Below are positions 25,330-37,176 of a stretch of 64,000 bases of DNA, one piece after another. Location: positions 44,888,001-44,952,000 of the forward strand of contig OZ024744.1 in the NCBI GenBank assembly GCA_964016885.1, given 5' to 3'. The notes below the pieces were generated by a model. It was not told the DNA's origin. It saw only the letters and a list, made by a program, of their open reading frames with translations, and ran no database searches. The position numbers and the translations under genes were made by a program. Every line of letters starts with the position of its first letter. Position 1 is the stretch's first letter. The DNA is from Eledone cirrhosa (Eukaryota).

Positions 25330-27447
25330 ATGGCTACGAAAAAGAATTTTCATAGGTCACTCCCACTCATTCCGTCTTCTTCTTCCTCAATCGTCACTAC
25401 AGCAGAGAGAAGACTGTCTCTCTCCCTCCCTTCTCTAAATGTGTCTCTCTCCCTCCATTCTCTTTCGCAAGCGACGCCAGAAAAGAAAAATCACGTGCAA
25501 AGCGTGCAAGATTTCTCCACGACGACGACGACAACGACGAAAAAGGTGTGCGGGAAATACGAAAACCCATTTCATTCGTCTGACGTCAGGAATAATAGCA
25601 GCAGCAGCAACAGTGACAAGGAAAATAACAGTAGCAGCCGCAACAGCATCAGCAGCAGCATAAACAACAACAGCATTAGCAGCAACAACAACAGCAGCAG
25701 CAGCAGCAGCAACAACAACAACAATCACAGCAACAGCGGCGGCGGCAGTAGTCGTAGTATCTGCAGCAACAACAAAAGTAACAGCAGCTCTGACGACAAC
25801 AACAACAACAACAGCAGCAAAGAAAAACCAATCTCGTTTGCAGGTATCGCAAAGAACCTGGAAACCATCCTCATAACAAATGAGGAATTAGAGGAAGCGA
25901 AGAAGATGGTGATAAAGACTGGACACCGAGCAATCTGCAAGGCAGCGGAAACATTTTTCGAAACCCAACAGCACTGTACGGTCACGTACCGTACAGTAAG
26001 CACAAAATCCCGTAGGGTTGAAAGAGCCACAGAGGCTCAAATACAAAAAGCCTTAGGGTCTGTGTGGCAGCGGAAAAAGCACATCACCCGAGGCAAGAAA
26101 TATGCCACCGTAGACGTGCTTTTTGGCACACCCCAGGAGGCAAAGGCTCAATCCTTAGTGACCATAAGGAACGAGGAAATGGTGTTGGTGCCCTCCTACT
26201 GCGGGCAAAAAATTGTGAGGGTCAAACTGACCCACGTCCCCTCCGGGATGGCCCCTTCTTGGCTGGCCGCGTCTGTCCTCGTCGGAATCGAGGACAAAAC
26301 AACTGTACTGCAAGTACAGAAAAAAGTAAGAGAAGATTGGGTCGGCACCTCCATTGAGATGTTAATCCAAACCAACCAGGAGTGCATCGAAGCTATCCCG
26401 GATGTAATAGACTTCAATAACGGCACTCAACTGCCCATAAGTGTTGAGGGCAAACACCCGAAATGCTTTCGCTGTGGATCGAAGACTCACCTCAGGGCCT
26501 TCTGCAAAGAGAAGACCCTGAGAAAGCAGAAAACCCCCCTCCTTCCAAAACCGGCTCCACGGCTATCAGCAACAGGACAAGCGGAAACCAGGAACGATAG
26601 GTCCGTGGCACCCATACCCACGCCACGGAAATCAAAAACAGCAGCAGCAGTGGAAGTATTAACAAGAACAACAGTAATACCAAATGCAGCTGCAACAGAG
26701 ACTCCAGTGCAAACATCACCAACAACAACAAGTGAAAGAGTGGAGCTAGTACCCCTCCCCGACCTCACAGAATCAGATATGGAGTGTGAGGTGGGAGAGG
26801 GATGGCAAAAGGTCGTAAGAAGGCACAAACGCAGAAGCAGCGCATCATCGCCTTCGAAAAGGGAGGAAAGACAGGAAAAAAGGGTAAAGGCTACTGCAAA
26901 GAGACTCACAGCAGCAACACCACCAACACCATCACCACCCACACTAGCAGCACCATCACCACCGTCGACAACCCCACCGCCAACAACAACACCTTCAACA
27001 CCACACCCACAAGCACCAACATCGCAAACACAACAACAAAACACACACACCCAGCAACAACGACAAGAAAATAGCAGAACCACACCCCACCCCCAGAAAA
27101 ACAAATGCACGGCAATAAATACACACAACAAGAAACTAATCTCTTACATAATTGAACACACAGACATTTCACAGCACGACTACATAATACCAGCACCAAT
27201 CAAAACGCCAACTAACATAAGACTGCTAAAAATAGCACAGAAACAATACACAAACATTGAAACGAAATTCCCCAACGCAGTTGGTGATTTCAGAGACCTA
27301 GGAGGGACTCTCAACCGGAGAGTATATTCGGACATACTCATAGAAGAGCCGACGACCAGCCGAAGGAACGATTCAACGGTCCCTTCACCAGACGATCAAG
27401 TGAAAAGGGATGGAAAAACCATGCTTTCTCTACGAAAAGTACGGTAA
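25330..27447 (+). CDS. Tx1 ORF1 protein, open frame, Ser/Asn-rich N-terminus and CCHC knuckle
   Basis: AAACATGGCT start; CFRCGSKTHLRAFC; C-terminal KFPNAVGDFR shared with copy 1. Confidence 0.85.
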   Translation: MATKKNFHRSLPLIPSSSSSIVTTAERRLSLSLPSLNVSLSLHSLSQATPEKKNHVQSVQDFSTTTTTTTKKVCGKYENPFHSSDVRNNSSSSNSDKENNSSSRNSISSSINNNSISSNNNSSSSSSNNNNNHSNSGGGSSRSICSNNKSNSSSDDNNNNNSSKEKPISFAGIAKNLETILITNEELEEAKKMVIKTGHRAICKAAETFFETQQHCTVTYRTVSTKSRRVERATEAQIQKALGSVWQRKKHITRGKKYATVDVLFGTPQEAKAQSLVTIRNEEMVLVPSYCGQKIVRVKLTHVPSGMAPSWLAASVLVGIEDKTTVLQVQKKVREDWVGTSIEMLIQTNQECIEAIPDVIDFNNGTQLPISVEGKHPKCFRCGSKTHLRAFCKEKTLRKQKTPLLPKPAPRLSATGQAETRNDRSVAPIPTPRKSKTAAAVEVLTRTTVIPNAAATETPVQTSPTTTSERVELVPLPDLTESDMECEVGEGWQKVVRRHKRRSSASSPSKREERQEKRVKATAKRLTAATPPTPSPPTLAAPSPPSTTPPPTTTPSTPHPQAPTSQTQQQNTHTQQQRQENSRTTPHPQKNKCTAINTHNKKLISYIIEHTDISQHDYIIPAPIKTPTNIRLLKIAQKQYTNIETKFPNAVGDFRDLGGTLNRRVYSDILIEEPTTSRRNDSTVPSPDDQVKRDGKTMLSLRKVR

Positions 27448-30400
27448 GTGGTCTTTTCCACTCTATTTTAAATATGACCTCACTCAGAATAGGCAACATA
27501 AATGCGCGTGGCTTGGGGTCGTCATGGAAGCAGGGTGATCTGCTCAACGACCTCAGGTCACTAAACATAGATGTAGTGGCCATCAGCGAGACCAGAATCT
27601 CCGAAGCACGGGCCTTCACACCGATCTTCGGCGGCTACGATGTGTACGCATCTCCCAGCCGTCCTGGATCGGGGGGAGGAGTTGCTGTGCTTTTTCGGAG
27701 AGGTTTGGATCTTGCCATACGGGCCATCTTCCTGGACCCAGAGGGTAAGTTGGTGGTGCTGGAGGTGACCAGCGGAGACGGGCAAGCTTTCAGGTTAGTG
27801 GCCGTCTATGCCCCGACAGGAGCAGGGCGGCCTGATTTCTTCCGGCGTCTGGAGACCTTTCTTGTAACGTACCCCTCTTTAGTGTTAGTGGGCGGCTGGA
27901 ACGGGATCTTAGATGCACGCTGGGACTGTGTGGGATTAGCGGATAGGGGTGGAGGGTGCAAAAGCCTCACCAACCTGCTCAGGCGTTTTGAACTGTCTGA
28001 CAGGTACCGATTGGATTTCCCGATGTGCCAATGTGGACTTCGACAAATCGCATAGGGTCATCCAGATCATATCTAGATAGAGTATTTTGTAGGTAAATAG
28101 ATAGGTCTAGCACCGGCTGTCCACAATTCAAGATAGTCAGCTACAAGGGGCACAAATTCGTGATCTGTGTGCTTGACTTCATAGACGAGGACCCGGTTAC
28201 TGGAAGCTAAACGCGTCCTTACCAGCGCGCAAGGCCTACAGAGACCGGATTAGCGAACTTGTTAAGCGGGCGTTGACGAGGGCCATCGTCAACAACAAGT
28301 GGTGGTTTGCTCTGAAAAGAGCGATTAGAATAGAGTCCATTAGGTTTAGTAAGGCTTTAGCAATAGAGAAAAATAGAGCAGAGGGAGAATTAGTTAGAAA
28401 ATTAGACGAGGCGCTTAGCAAAGGCATCGCGACCGACGTGCTTGTGGTGAAATTGGCCCTTGACCAATTCTTCAATTCAAAGCACGAAGGCTGCGTTGTC
28501 AGAGCTAGGGTGCGTGCTCTCAGACACGAGAGGACGAAAGCCGTTCAATGGGCCCGAGTGGCGGAGGCGCGTCGTGGCAACAAAGCCCCGATCCGGTCTT
28601 TGGTGGACCACGACAGGCGCATGCTACTCGATCCCGGGCAAATGTGTGAAGCCTTTCAGCGACACTTCGCTCAGCTTTTCGGGGGCAACGGTGGGCCGGG
28701 TCGAGGGATGAACTTTAGTGTCTACCTCGACGGACTGCTGCGGCTCTCGGCCCCTGAAGCGGAGTGTTGCGAAAAGCCGATAACAGCCGCTGAAGTACGG
28801 GAGACAATGACTGGCTGCACAAGGGGTAAATCGCCTGGTTTGGATGGTCTGCCCTATGAACTTTACGTACAGATGCTAGACTTGTTCGGAGGCCTCTTGG
28901 CGGACGTCTACTGCAACTTGCAACAGAACGGGAGAATTCCCAGCTCTGTGAGCCGAGGTGCGGTGGCACTGCTGGGAAAGGATCCGAACAAGGGGGATAA
29001 CATAGATAATTTCAGGCCCATAACTCTGCTAAACACAGAGTTCAAGATTTTGGCCAAGGTGCTAGCAAAGAGGTTGGCGCTTGTCGTTGGTGGTCTGGTG
29101 GGAGAGGCGCATACATGCGCCATTCCCGACAGATCCATCCACGACAACCTCCACCTCATGCGATACATCGTAGAGAGGGTAGCTAGGGAACCTGGCACGG
29201 GTTCGCGTCCGTCATCGCGTCCGTCATCTACTACCGCCTGACCGTCGTACCTTGTACTAAGCCCCGTCTGACTGCGCTGGAGCGTTTGCTCTTTCGCCTT
29301 CTGTGGAAGGGACGCGCTCCGATGGTCAAGCGGTCCATCTGCTGTCAACACCCACTATATGGAGGGCTGGGCATGCCGTGGCTGATGATGCGCAGACACG
29401 CGCTCAGGCTACGACATCTCCACCTCTTCCTCGACGGTGATCAGCTGCAGTCCTGGGTCAAGCGAAGACCGAGAGGGAGTGCTTGGAGAATGGAATGTTT
29501 TCAGGCGCTCACAGCCCTCGACCAATCGGGCAATGTGATCGGTGCAAACTCCACCTTGGTGTTCTATAGAGGATTAGTGGAGGGGAAGGGCGACGACGTA
29601 CTTGGAGAAACTCTAGGCGTCGACGAAAATCAACTAGCCAATCTCTTTGGAAGGACTTTCGGGCCGGGGCCTATGGACAACTTCCAGAAATCCCTGGCCT
29701 GGCAGTGCTACCGGGGAGCTTTGCCAGTTCGGGATAAACTCTACAGGCATGGAGGTGCCATCAGTCGGGCATGTCCGAGATGCGCGCAGGGCGACGAAAC
29801 CGTCCTGCACGCACTCGTCCAGTGTCCGAGCATTGCTGACTTGTGGGTTTATGTCGAACACCTGCTGTCACGTGTAGGACGGATCCAGCTATCAGCTGAG
29901 TCCATCGTGAGGATTGCCTCGCCCTCTTCCTTTAGCCGGGAAGGGCAGGCAGTTTTTATCTGTCTGGTGGCCATGGCGAAAGAGATAGTATGGTGGACAC
30001 GTTTGAATGTGCTGAAGACGAGCACTTTTCTCTTCCGTGATACCCTGATTAACTTTTTCAAATTTCATTTGAAAAGGAAAATCAGGATAGAGAGGGAAGT
30101 GCTCTCTTCCCAGCATTTTGTTGAAAGATGGGTGAGAGAGGCAAGTATGGCCCGAGTGAATGGGCCTACTCTGAGTATGTGTCTGTAAATTAAAGGTGGA
30201 AAACTGGGAGAGGGCACTTGCCCTGGTGGTCAGGTTCACTGTGGTCTTTTAATGGGCTTTCTCCACAAATGGCTCTCGGATGTTCCCCCCTATTGGGGAA
30301 TCTTTCTTTGTTATTTTATTACATCCTCTGTTTTTTTTACACGCAGAAATGCCCATTTGTACCGTCCTGTATTGTCCTGTACTGTCCTTAATGTCTACTT

Positions 30401-30453
30401 TATGTGAACCCTTGTGGTTAATAAAGAAAACATTATTATTATTATTATTATTA

Positions 30454-30541
<88 letters not shown>

Positions 30542-33324
30542 GTTCTTTGAGACTTAGTCATGATGTTATATTACGATGTTATATAACTGGAGGGCGGTGG
30601 ATTGGCAGTATCGGTAGAGGGTTGGACGCCATGCTTTCCAGCATAGTTACGTCCCTTTACGATCTGAGTTCAAATCCCGCCGAGGTTGACTTTGCCTTTC
30701 ATCCTTACGGGGTCGATAAAATAAAGTACCAGTAATGCACTGGGTAATTGCTGGCTTTGTGCCTAAAGTAGAAACAGTTATATAACTGGAAAGTTTGTTG
30801 AAATGAATATCAAGCCACTACCTGCAGCCTCAGATATTCAGGGCGTATCGGAGGGTTCTTGCTGTTCCCAGCAACCATGCCTTTTGAAGTGTTCCAAAAA
30901 GCGGGGCGTAACCAATTTTTTTTAACCATCCTTGGAAACTCTTTGAGATAGTCCCTAGTGCGCCTATCACAATCGGGACCACTTTGACCTCATGGCAGTT
31001 CCAAATCCTTTTTACATCCCACTTTAAGTCCTGGTATCGGTTAATTTTCTCCCTCTCCTTCTATTGCACTCTCGTGTTGAATCGGCAGGTTACATCCACA
31101 ATCAGGCACGATCGTTTTTCTTGTCTAAAACCAACAGGTCAGGTCTATTGTGTTCCAGTTTCTTGTCCGTCTGTATCCTAAAATCCCACAGCACATTCAC
31201 CTGATCGTATTCTATCACCGACTTTGGCTTGTGCTCTTACCACTTCTCAGAATGTGGTAAATTGTTTACTTTGCATAGGTGCCAGTGGATCACCGTGCCC
31301 ATCACATCATGTCTCCAGCCTTTATAATGAGTCTGGGCTAGGTGTTTACACTCGGATACTATGTGAGCCACAGTCTCCTCTCTCTCTCTCTCCACAGATA
31401 CTACACAGTGGGCTAGCCTCCTCCTTGTAAATATGGTGTTTCAGCCACTTCGTTTTGAGGGCCTTCTCTTGCGCAGTCATTAGCATTCCTTCTGTAGCCT
31501 TTTCAAGGTCTCCTCTTTTCAACCAGTTCCATGTCTGTGGATCTCTAAATTCAGTTTTCTCAAAGAAGGCATTATGAAGGGATTTTTCATGAAGGTTGCT
31601 CTTCCTCCATGTTGTTATTTCCTCCCTGGACATCCCCTAGTCTATTGTCCTCTATTTCAGTACAGTTCTGAGCATTGACTCCTTACTATCAGTCACGTAT
31701 TTGTGTAGGTTGTTTTTCTCCATCTGAACACAGTCTTCTATGCTGATAAGACTTCTTCCACCTTCAGATCTCTTTAAGTAGAGTCTATCGACATCACTCC
31801 TCTTGTGGAACATGTTGTAGATAGTCAATAGCTTCCTAGTCTTCCTATCCATTTCTTTTTGTTCAGCAACATTCCATCTCAGAATTCCCGCACTGTACCT
31901 AATAATAGACACAGCCCAGGAATTTACTGCACTTATGGCATTCCTACTGTTCAGATGTGATTTTAATACGCTCCTTACTCTCTGAATGTATTCAGATCTT
32001 ATCAATTCCTTCATTTTTTGTACTTGATGTCATCAGCCTCCAGAACACCTAAATATTTTTTATCCCTCTTCAGTATCAATTTCCTTTATCATCTCACCTG
32101 TTGGTACCTGGATTACGTTGCATCTGCTCAACTTACCCCACTTCATCACAAGGACTCCACACTTACTAATACCAAATTTCATACATATATCACTGCTGAA
32201 AATACGGACAGTGTCAACAAGCACATCCAACTCCCTCTCACTCTTCCCGAAGATCTTAAGATCGTCCATGAAGAGGAGGTGATTGATGGTAAGCTCTCCC
32301 TTTCCCAACTTGTATCCTGCTCTCACTTTTCGCAGTATAATGGTCAGGGGGATTAGGGCCAGGACAAACAACAGAGGATTCTCCGCCCGATGTTAGCTCT
32401 GTTTTCCAGGACTTCATACTTTTGCTCAACAACTGCCTGATGTTATCTGCCACCCTGAAGATCTCTAGGCTTTTATCCAAGAATGAGGTACCATGTCGAA
32501 TGCCTTTTCGTAGTCTATCCATCCCATGGCAAGACCAGTGTGTCTCCTCCTGCAATTCCTCATTACCATCTTATCAATAAGTAACTGGTCCTTTGTACCA
32601 CGGGACTTCTTTCGGTATCCTTTCTGTTCGTCTGGTAATAAGTTGTCTATGTCCGGTAACAAGTTGCTACAATGCGTTGCTTCAGTTCCTCTATGATCAT
32701 ATTTAGCTCTTTCCTCCTAGTTTTGTACTTTATTTCCAGTCTATTTTTAGTGTCTATGTTTTGAAGTGTCCCATTCAGTAGGGACTCAATCTTTCCAATG
32801 TCATTTCTCATTTCCCTGATTTGACCATTCAGTCGTTTCTTCCACCAAGGTTCTGATATTTATTGTTTGTAGTTTCCTCTCGCTTTTATGCCAACTATTT
32901 TCCTCACCGCATTTGCTGTTGCTTTGAGGATATCAACCAAATCTTGTCCTAGCCCGTCAGCATTCATTTCCTCAATGACCGTATCTCTGTTCCAGGTATT
33001 ATTTATCTCAGCATTCAGATTATTGTCTGCTTCGGATGGTTCCTCCGTTCTCTCAACCTCTTCACCTTCATTTCCCACTGGCTCGTTTGTCTGGCATACT
33101 CCACTCTCCATTTCCAATCTAATCTCTCTGCTGAGTTCCCCCAGTTCCAGTTCGCTTATCCACCCATTAGTTCTTATTACCCGAGCCTGCCCGGCCAGTT
33201 TTGTTCATCTAATTTCAATAGACCAATCTCGTTCGAGATGCTATGCATCCGTTTCCTATAGCCTTTTCCCTTGGGGTTACTCTTCAGGTAACATTGCATA
33301 ACAGTTCTATTCCATTATTTCGTC

Positions 33325-33325
<1 letters not shown>
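30542..33325 (-). mobile_element. R4/Dong-type LINE copy 2, 5'-truncated, internally deleted
   Basis: Colinear with copy 1; HLLFMDDLK present; deletion junctions near 32375 and 32660; (TTA)n on both sides. Confidence 0.9.
30592..30776 (+). mobile_element. SINE inserted in the Dong copy 2 3' UTR, with 14-bp TSD
   Basis: GTTATATAACTGGA at 30578-30591 and 30777-30790. Confidence 0.93.
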
Positions 33326-33373
<48 letters not shown>

Positions 33374-34354
33374 TGCATTTATCTTGCTTTATGTTCATAC
33401 GAGTTATCACCAAGTCACAACCAGTGACCTCAAGAGACAACAAGGTCCGCCATGTTCAAGAAAGAACATACATACACACACATGCATCTTTAGGTGTTTA
33501 GACTTGTGATGTACTTATATTGACAGAATCTTCCTTAGTATATGGGCAGTTCCCATTAGTACTATCTTTTGTATTTCTCCCATACGCGAGTTTCCTGGGA
33601 TTTGCGATAAGTAATCCTTAGACTCCTTAGGTATCATTCACAGAGCGCCTACAACCACTGGTATTGTTTTAGTTCTCAATTTCCACATTTTTCTAATTTC
33701 TATCTCCAGGTCCTTATACTTGCTCAATTTTTCAAATGTTTTTATAGATACATTCTTGTCTATTGGAACGGACATATCAATTAGCAGGCATACCCTCTTT
33801 TTAAAGTCCTTCAGTATTATATCAGTTCTATTTTCATCTATTTTTCGGTCTGTTTGGATGCTAAAGTTCCACAAGATTGAGATGTGATCTTTTTCAAGTA
33901 TGGGAGGTGGTTGATGCTCCCACCAATTCTTTTGATGGGGCAGGTCAAAATGCTTACACATTATCCAATGTATATATTGTGCAGCTCTGTCATGCCTGTT
34001 TACGTATTCGGTTGGAGCTATAGGCCTGCACATCGAAATTATATGATCAATGGTCTCTGGTTGTTTTTCACATACACGGCATAATGGGTTGCATCCATTT
34101 TTTATTATGTTGGCTTCGTAATTTTTTGTTGGCAGACACTGATCTTGTGCCGATATAATCAGTCCTTCAGTCTCCGATTTCAGTCCAGAGGAGGCCAACC
34201 ACTGATGGGTTAAAGTTTTGTCAACATCAGGATTGTTAGCTCGTTCTGGGTATTTTCCATACAGAGGCTTTTCTTGCCATTTCTTAGCCAGTTTCTGTAG
34301 CAGTTCTTTCTTTGCAGTTACTTTTACCTGCTTTGCTTTTTCTGTGTTTTCCAT
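33374..34354 (-). mobile_element. R4/Dong-type LINE 3' fragment, different subfamily
   Basis: AQDQCL..CRVC..ETIDHIISMC..RHD..LLIDMSVP..EKLSKYKDL; 3' end abuts (TAA)n at 33326-33373. Confidence 0.85.
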
Positions 34355-34819
34355 TAAAGTAAGAAGTAATAGGCACAGACATATACCTATTTTTTCTTCA
34401 AAATCCCGACTGTACAGTTTCGTTGGTCAATTTGCAACACTTTTACATTATAGAAGTGCAATATCGTTGGGAGGCAAACCAGCTTCTCAAGGAACTTCTC
34501 AGGGAGAGAGCACTTTCCAGTCATGTTAGCAGCAAGTGAGAAAATCTCAAAAGACGGAGCGAGAGATTACCACGTGATACACCGGTCAAGGAAGGGGTTG
34601 AATCCCTTGTAGCAGTGAAAAAAATCTCGAAAGGCGGAGGTTGGATCCACACACACATCGCACCTCGAGGTGTTCGCCGGGGAAACAATTATAATACGTA
34701 ATAAATTGAGTTCCGATGCATCACTGATTCTTCGTTTTCCATTCTATCATACTCTGCTCAGTAGGGGCATAGAGTGCTCAACCGGCATACCGCCTATGGA
34801 CGCATCCTAACTTCCATGA

Positions 34820-34888
<69 letters not shown>

Positions 34889-35203
34889 GGGCACCCACTG
34901 ATGAATTGATGAATTATAGTAGCCCACTTGAATATATATCTATTGATGGTATACAAGCTCCTACATAAATTGGTATAATTTCACCCAAATTGTAGGATTC
35001 CTATAATGAAACGAGACGTCCGTCTGGGAAGAGATATATTAGATATGTCTCATATGAAATAATACAGCCAATTTTCCACGCAATACTTTTAGTTAGCACC
35101 CCGAACGCATAATTGAGAATATAATCACTTATTTCCTAATGTTTGTTGAGTGAGTTGGAATTTGGCCGGAGTATCGCTAAAAAGCTTTCTCCGATATTGT
35201 ATT

Positions 35204-35297
<94 letters not shown>

Positions 35298-36091
35298 ATA
35301 CAAATATGTTCCAAATATATGATTCCCAATGTTGATTTCTGATATAGACAGTTCAGAAAATTTGATTAAATAAATCCCATTACTGCTACATTATCTTAGT
35401 TACTTCGAAGGAATATGGTCAAAGTCAAACTTGGTGAGATTTGAACTCATATGAAGATTCAGAACAAATACCACGATGATATTTTATCTGACGCTCTACT
35501 AATTCTGATAATTTACCAACTTTATATTATTCATAATACTGAAGAGCAAGTAGTAAGAAACTCTCTGGAGAGCTGGACAGCAGAACGTCTTCAGAGAAGA
35601 AATACCCCCGCCCCCAGGCAAGTGTTTGGCCCTTATCAATTTAAGGGTGCCGGGCCACATCTAGGGTACCATTCTACTGTCACTTTTAGTCTCTTTCTTA
35701 TCGCACTGCTGTGTATTTAAACAGTATGGAGATTGTGTTGAGTTCTACTTGTAACTCCTCTCCTTTGCCATTACTTTCAAACTTATATTTTTACACTTTC
35801 TCAGGTTTGGAAAACTAACGTTGGTAGTCATCGTAACGGGGAGACGTCACCGCTGCCACCAACATTACAACAACGACTCACTCACAATTACCTTCCATAA
35901 CATATGTTAAAATACAAATATAATACCCTCAAATTGTAAGGAGGTTGATTTTGTTCCTCCTCGAACAGTTCCCACTGGAACCCCTTTCCCCGTCTGAAAT
36001 TGCCTTTAGGACTTTTGTCCTGTTCTTCCTTGAGTTTGAGAGTTGTTCATGAGATTGTAGGGAGAATTCACCATATAAACTCTGTCTATAG

Positions 36092-36179
36092 AAGTCCTTA
36101 GATTTTTGTTTTCATTTTCCAAAACTGTACAGTAATGATTGTACAGTTTTGTAAAATGTAAACAAAAATCTATGGACTT
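36092..36179. repeat. ~40-bp-stem inverted repeat
   Basis: AAGTCC.TAGATTTTTGTTT.CATTTT.CAAAACTGTACA, 8-nt loop, then the reverse complement with 3 mismatches. Confidence 0.8.
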
Positions 36180-36414
36180 ATTGTGCGTTCGAAAAGATGA
36201 ACTTATTGAGGTAATTATTCATAAGATATTGATTCCAATGAGACCCACAAGGCCGAAACAATTGTAAATCAAATCATGATTTAAATAGGTGTTTGGTAAC
36301 ATTTTTTAATGAATAATTTGTTCCATATGTAAATAACCAAACACAGTAAGGGTTGATATCATTTCTTTTTTTGTTAATTTTATATAACCGTGTGTACAGA
36401 TTATTATAATAAAT

Positions 36415-37176
36415 TATCGATCTTCGAGTCTACTCACCTTGAGCCGCTGATTTCTGTCCTTCGAGGTAATGTTTTACCTAACACAGTTTCGACAATATTT
36501 TGCTTTTTTAACAGCTTCCTAACGCCGAGTTTTTCCTTTTTCCTACGAATTCTAATACACTCGCTTTTCGGAAGTCGATATTCCAGTTAATTTTGTTTAC
36601 ACCTTCTCATAGTTATTGATACCATGCTTAAGGTGCGTTGTCTTTTCTTTCATTTTCGTCTGTTCTCTTTTCTCTCTTACTGCTCCTTTTCTTTCTCTCC
36701 CTCCCTGTCACTTTTGACTTCTTTCTTCCCCTCTCCCTTCTACAGGCCACTTCTGGTTACAGTACCATTGTTCTTCCTTTCTCGCGACGATTTGAGGTCC
36801 ATTGGACACACTCCATTTTCTCTCTCTCTCTGCCCTGTCCCAACACAAACAGTATACCAACGAAGATATTTATTTCTCCGCTGTTAAGAGCCACCTATTC
36901 TTCGCAGGAATTTCAGTTTAATCGTTGAAACTGCAGGTTGTCTGAAATCTGATGAGTATATTTAAATGTTTGTGATCTCTTCTCATCCATTCTATTTTTT
37001 CCTTCCTATCAATTCTTCGAGTCAACTCACTTCTAGCCGCTAATTTCTATCCTTCGAGGTAATATTTTACCCAACGCCGCTTCGACGACATTTTGCTGTT
37101 TTAACATCTTCCGTACGCCGAAGTTTTCCATTTTCCTACGAATTCTAATACACTTGCCTTTCAAAACTCGATATTC
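36415..37176. repeat. Diverged ~170-bp direct repeat pair (~36415-36583, ~37008-37176)
   Basis: Shared CTTCGAGTC.ACTCAC...TCCTTCGAGGTAAT...TTTCCTACGAATTCTAATACAC. Confidence 0.75.

Larger units (their letters stand above)
22014..30541 (+). mobile_element. Tx1-like LINE copy 4, 5' UTR split by a hAT insertion, RT core deleted
   Basis: Starts after (TTA)n at 22014 and resumes at 25151; open ORF1; ORF2 from 27474 nearly identical to copy 3 except for a deletion at ~29200; tail 30432-30541. Confidence 0.9.

Noticed and set aside
14318-33325. One segmental duplication of a Tx1+Dong block
   Set aside because: ORF1s differ and the Dong halves look more diverged than the Tx1 halves; disfavoured but not fully excluded.
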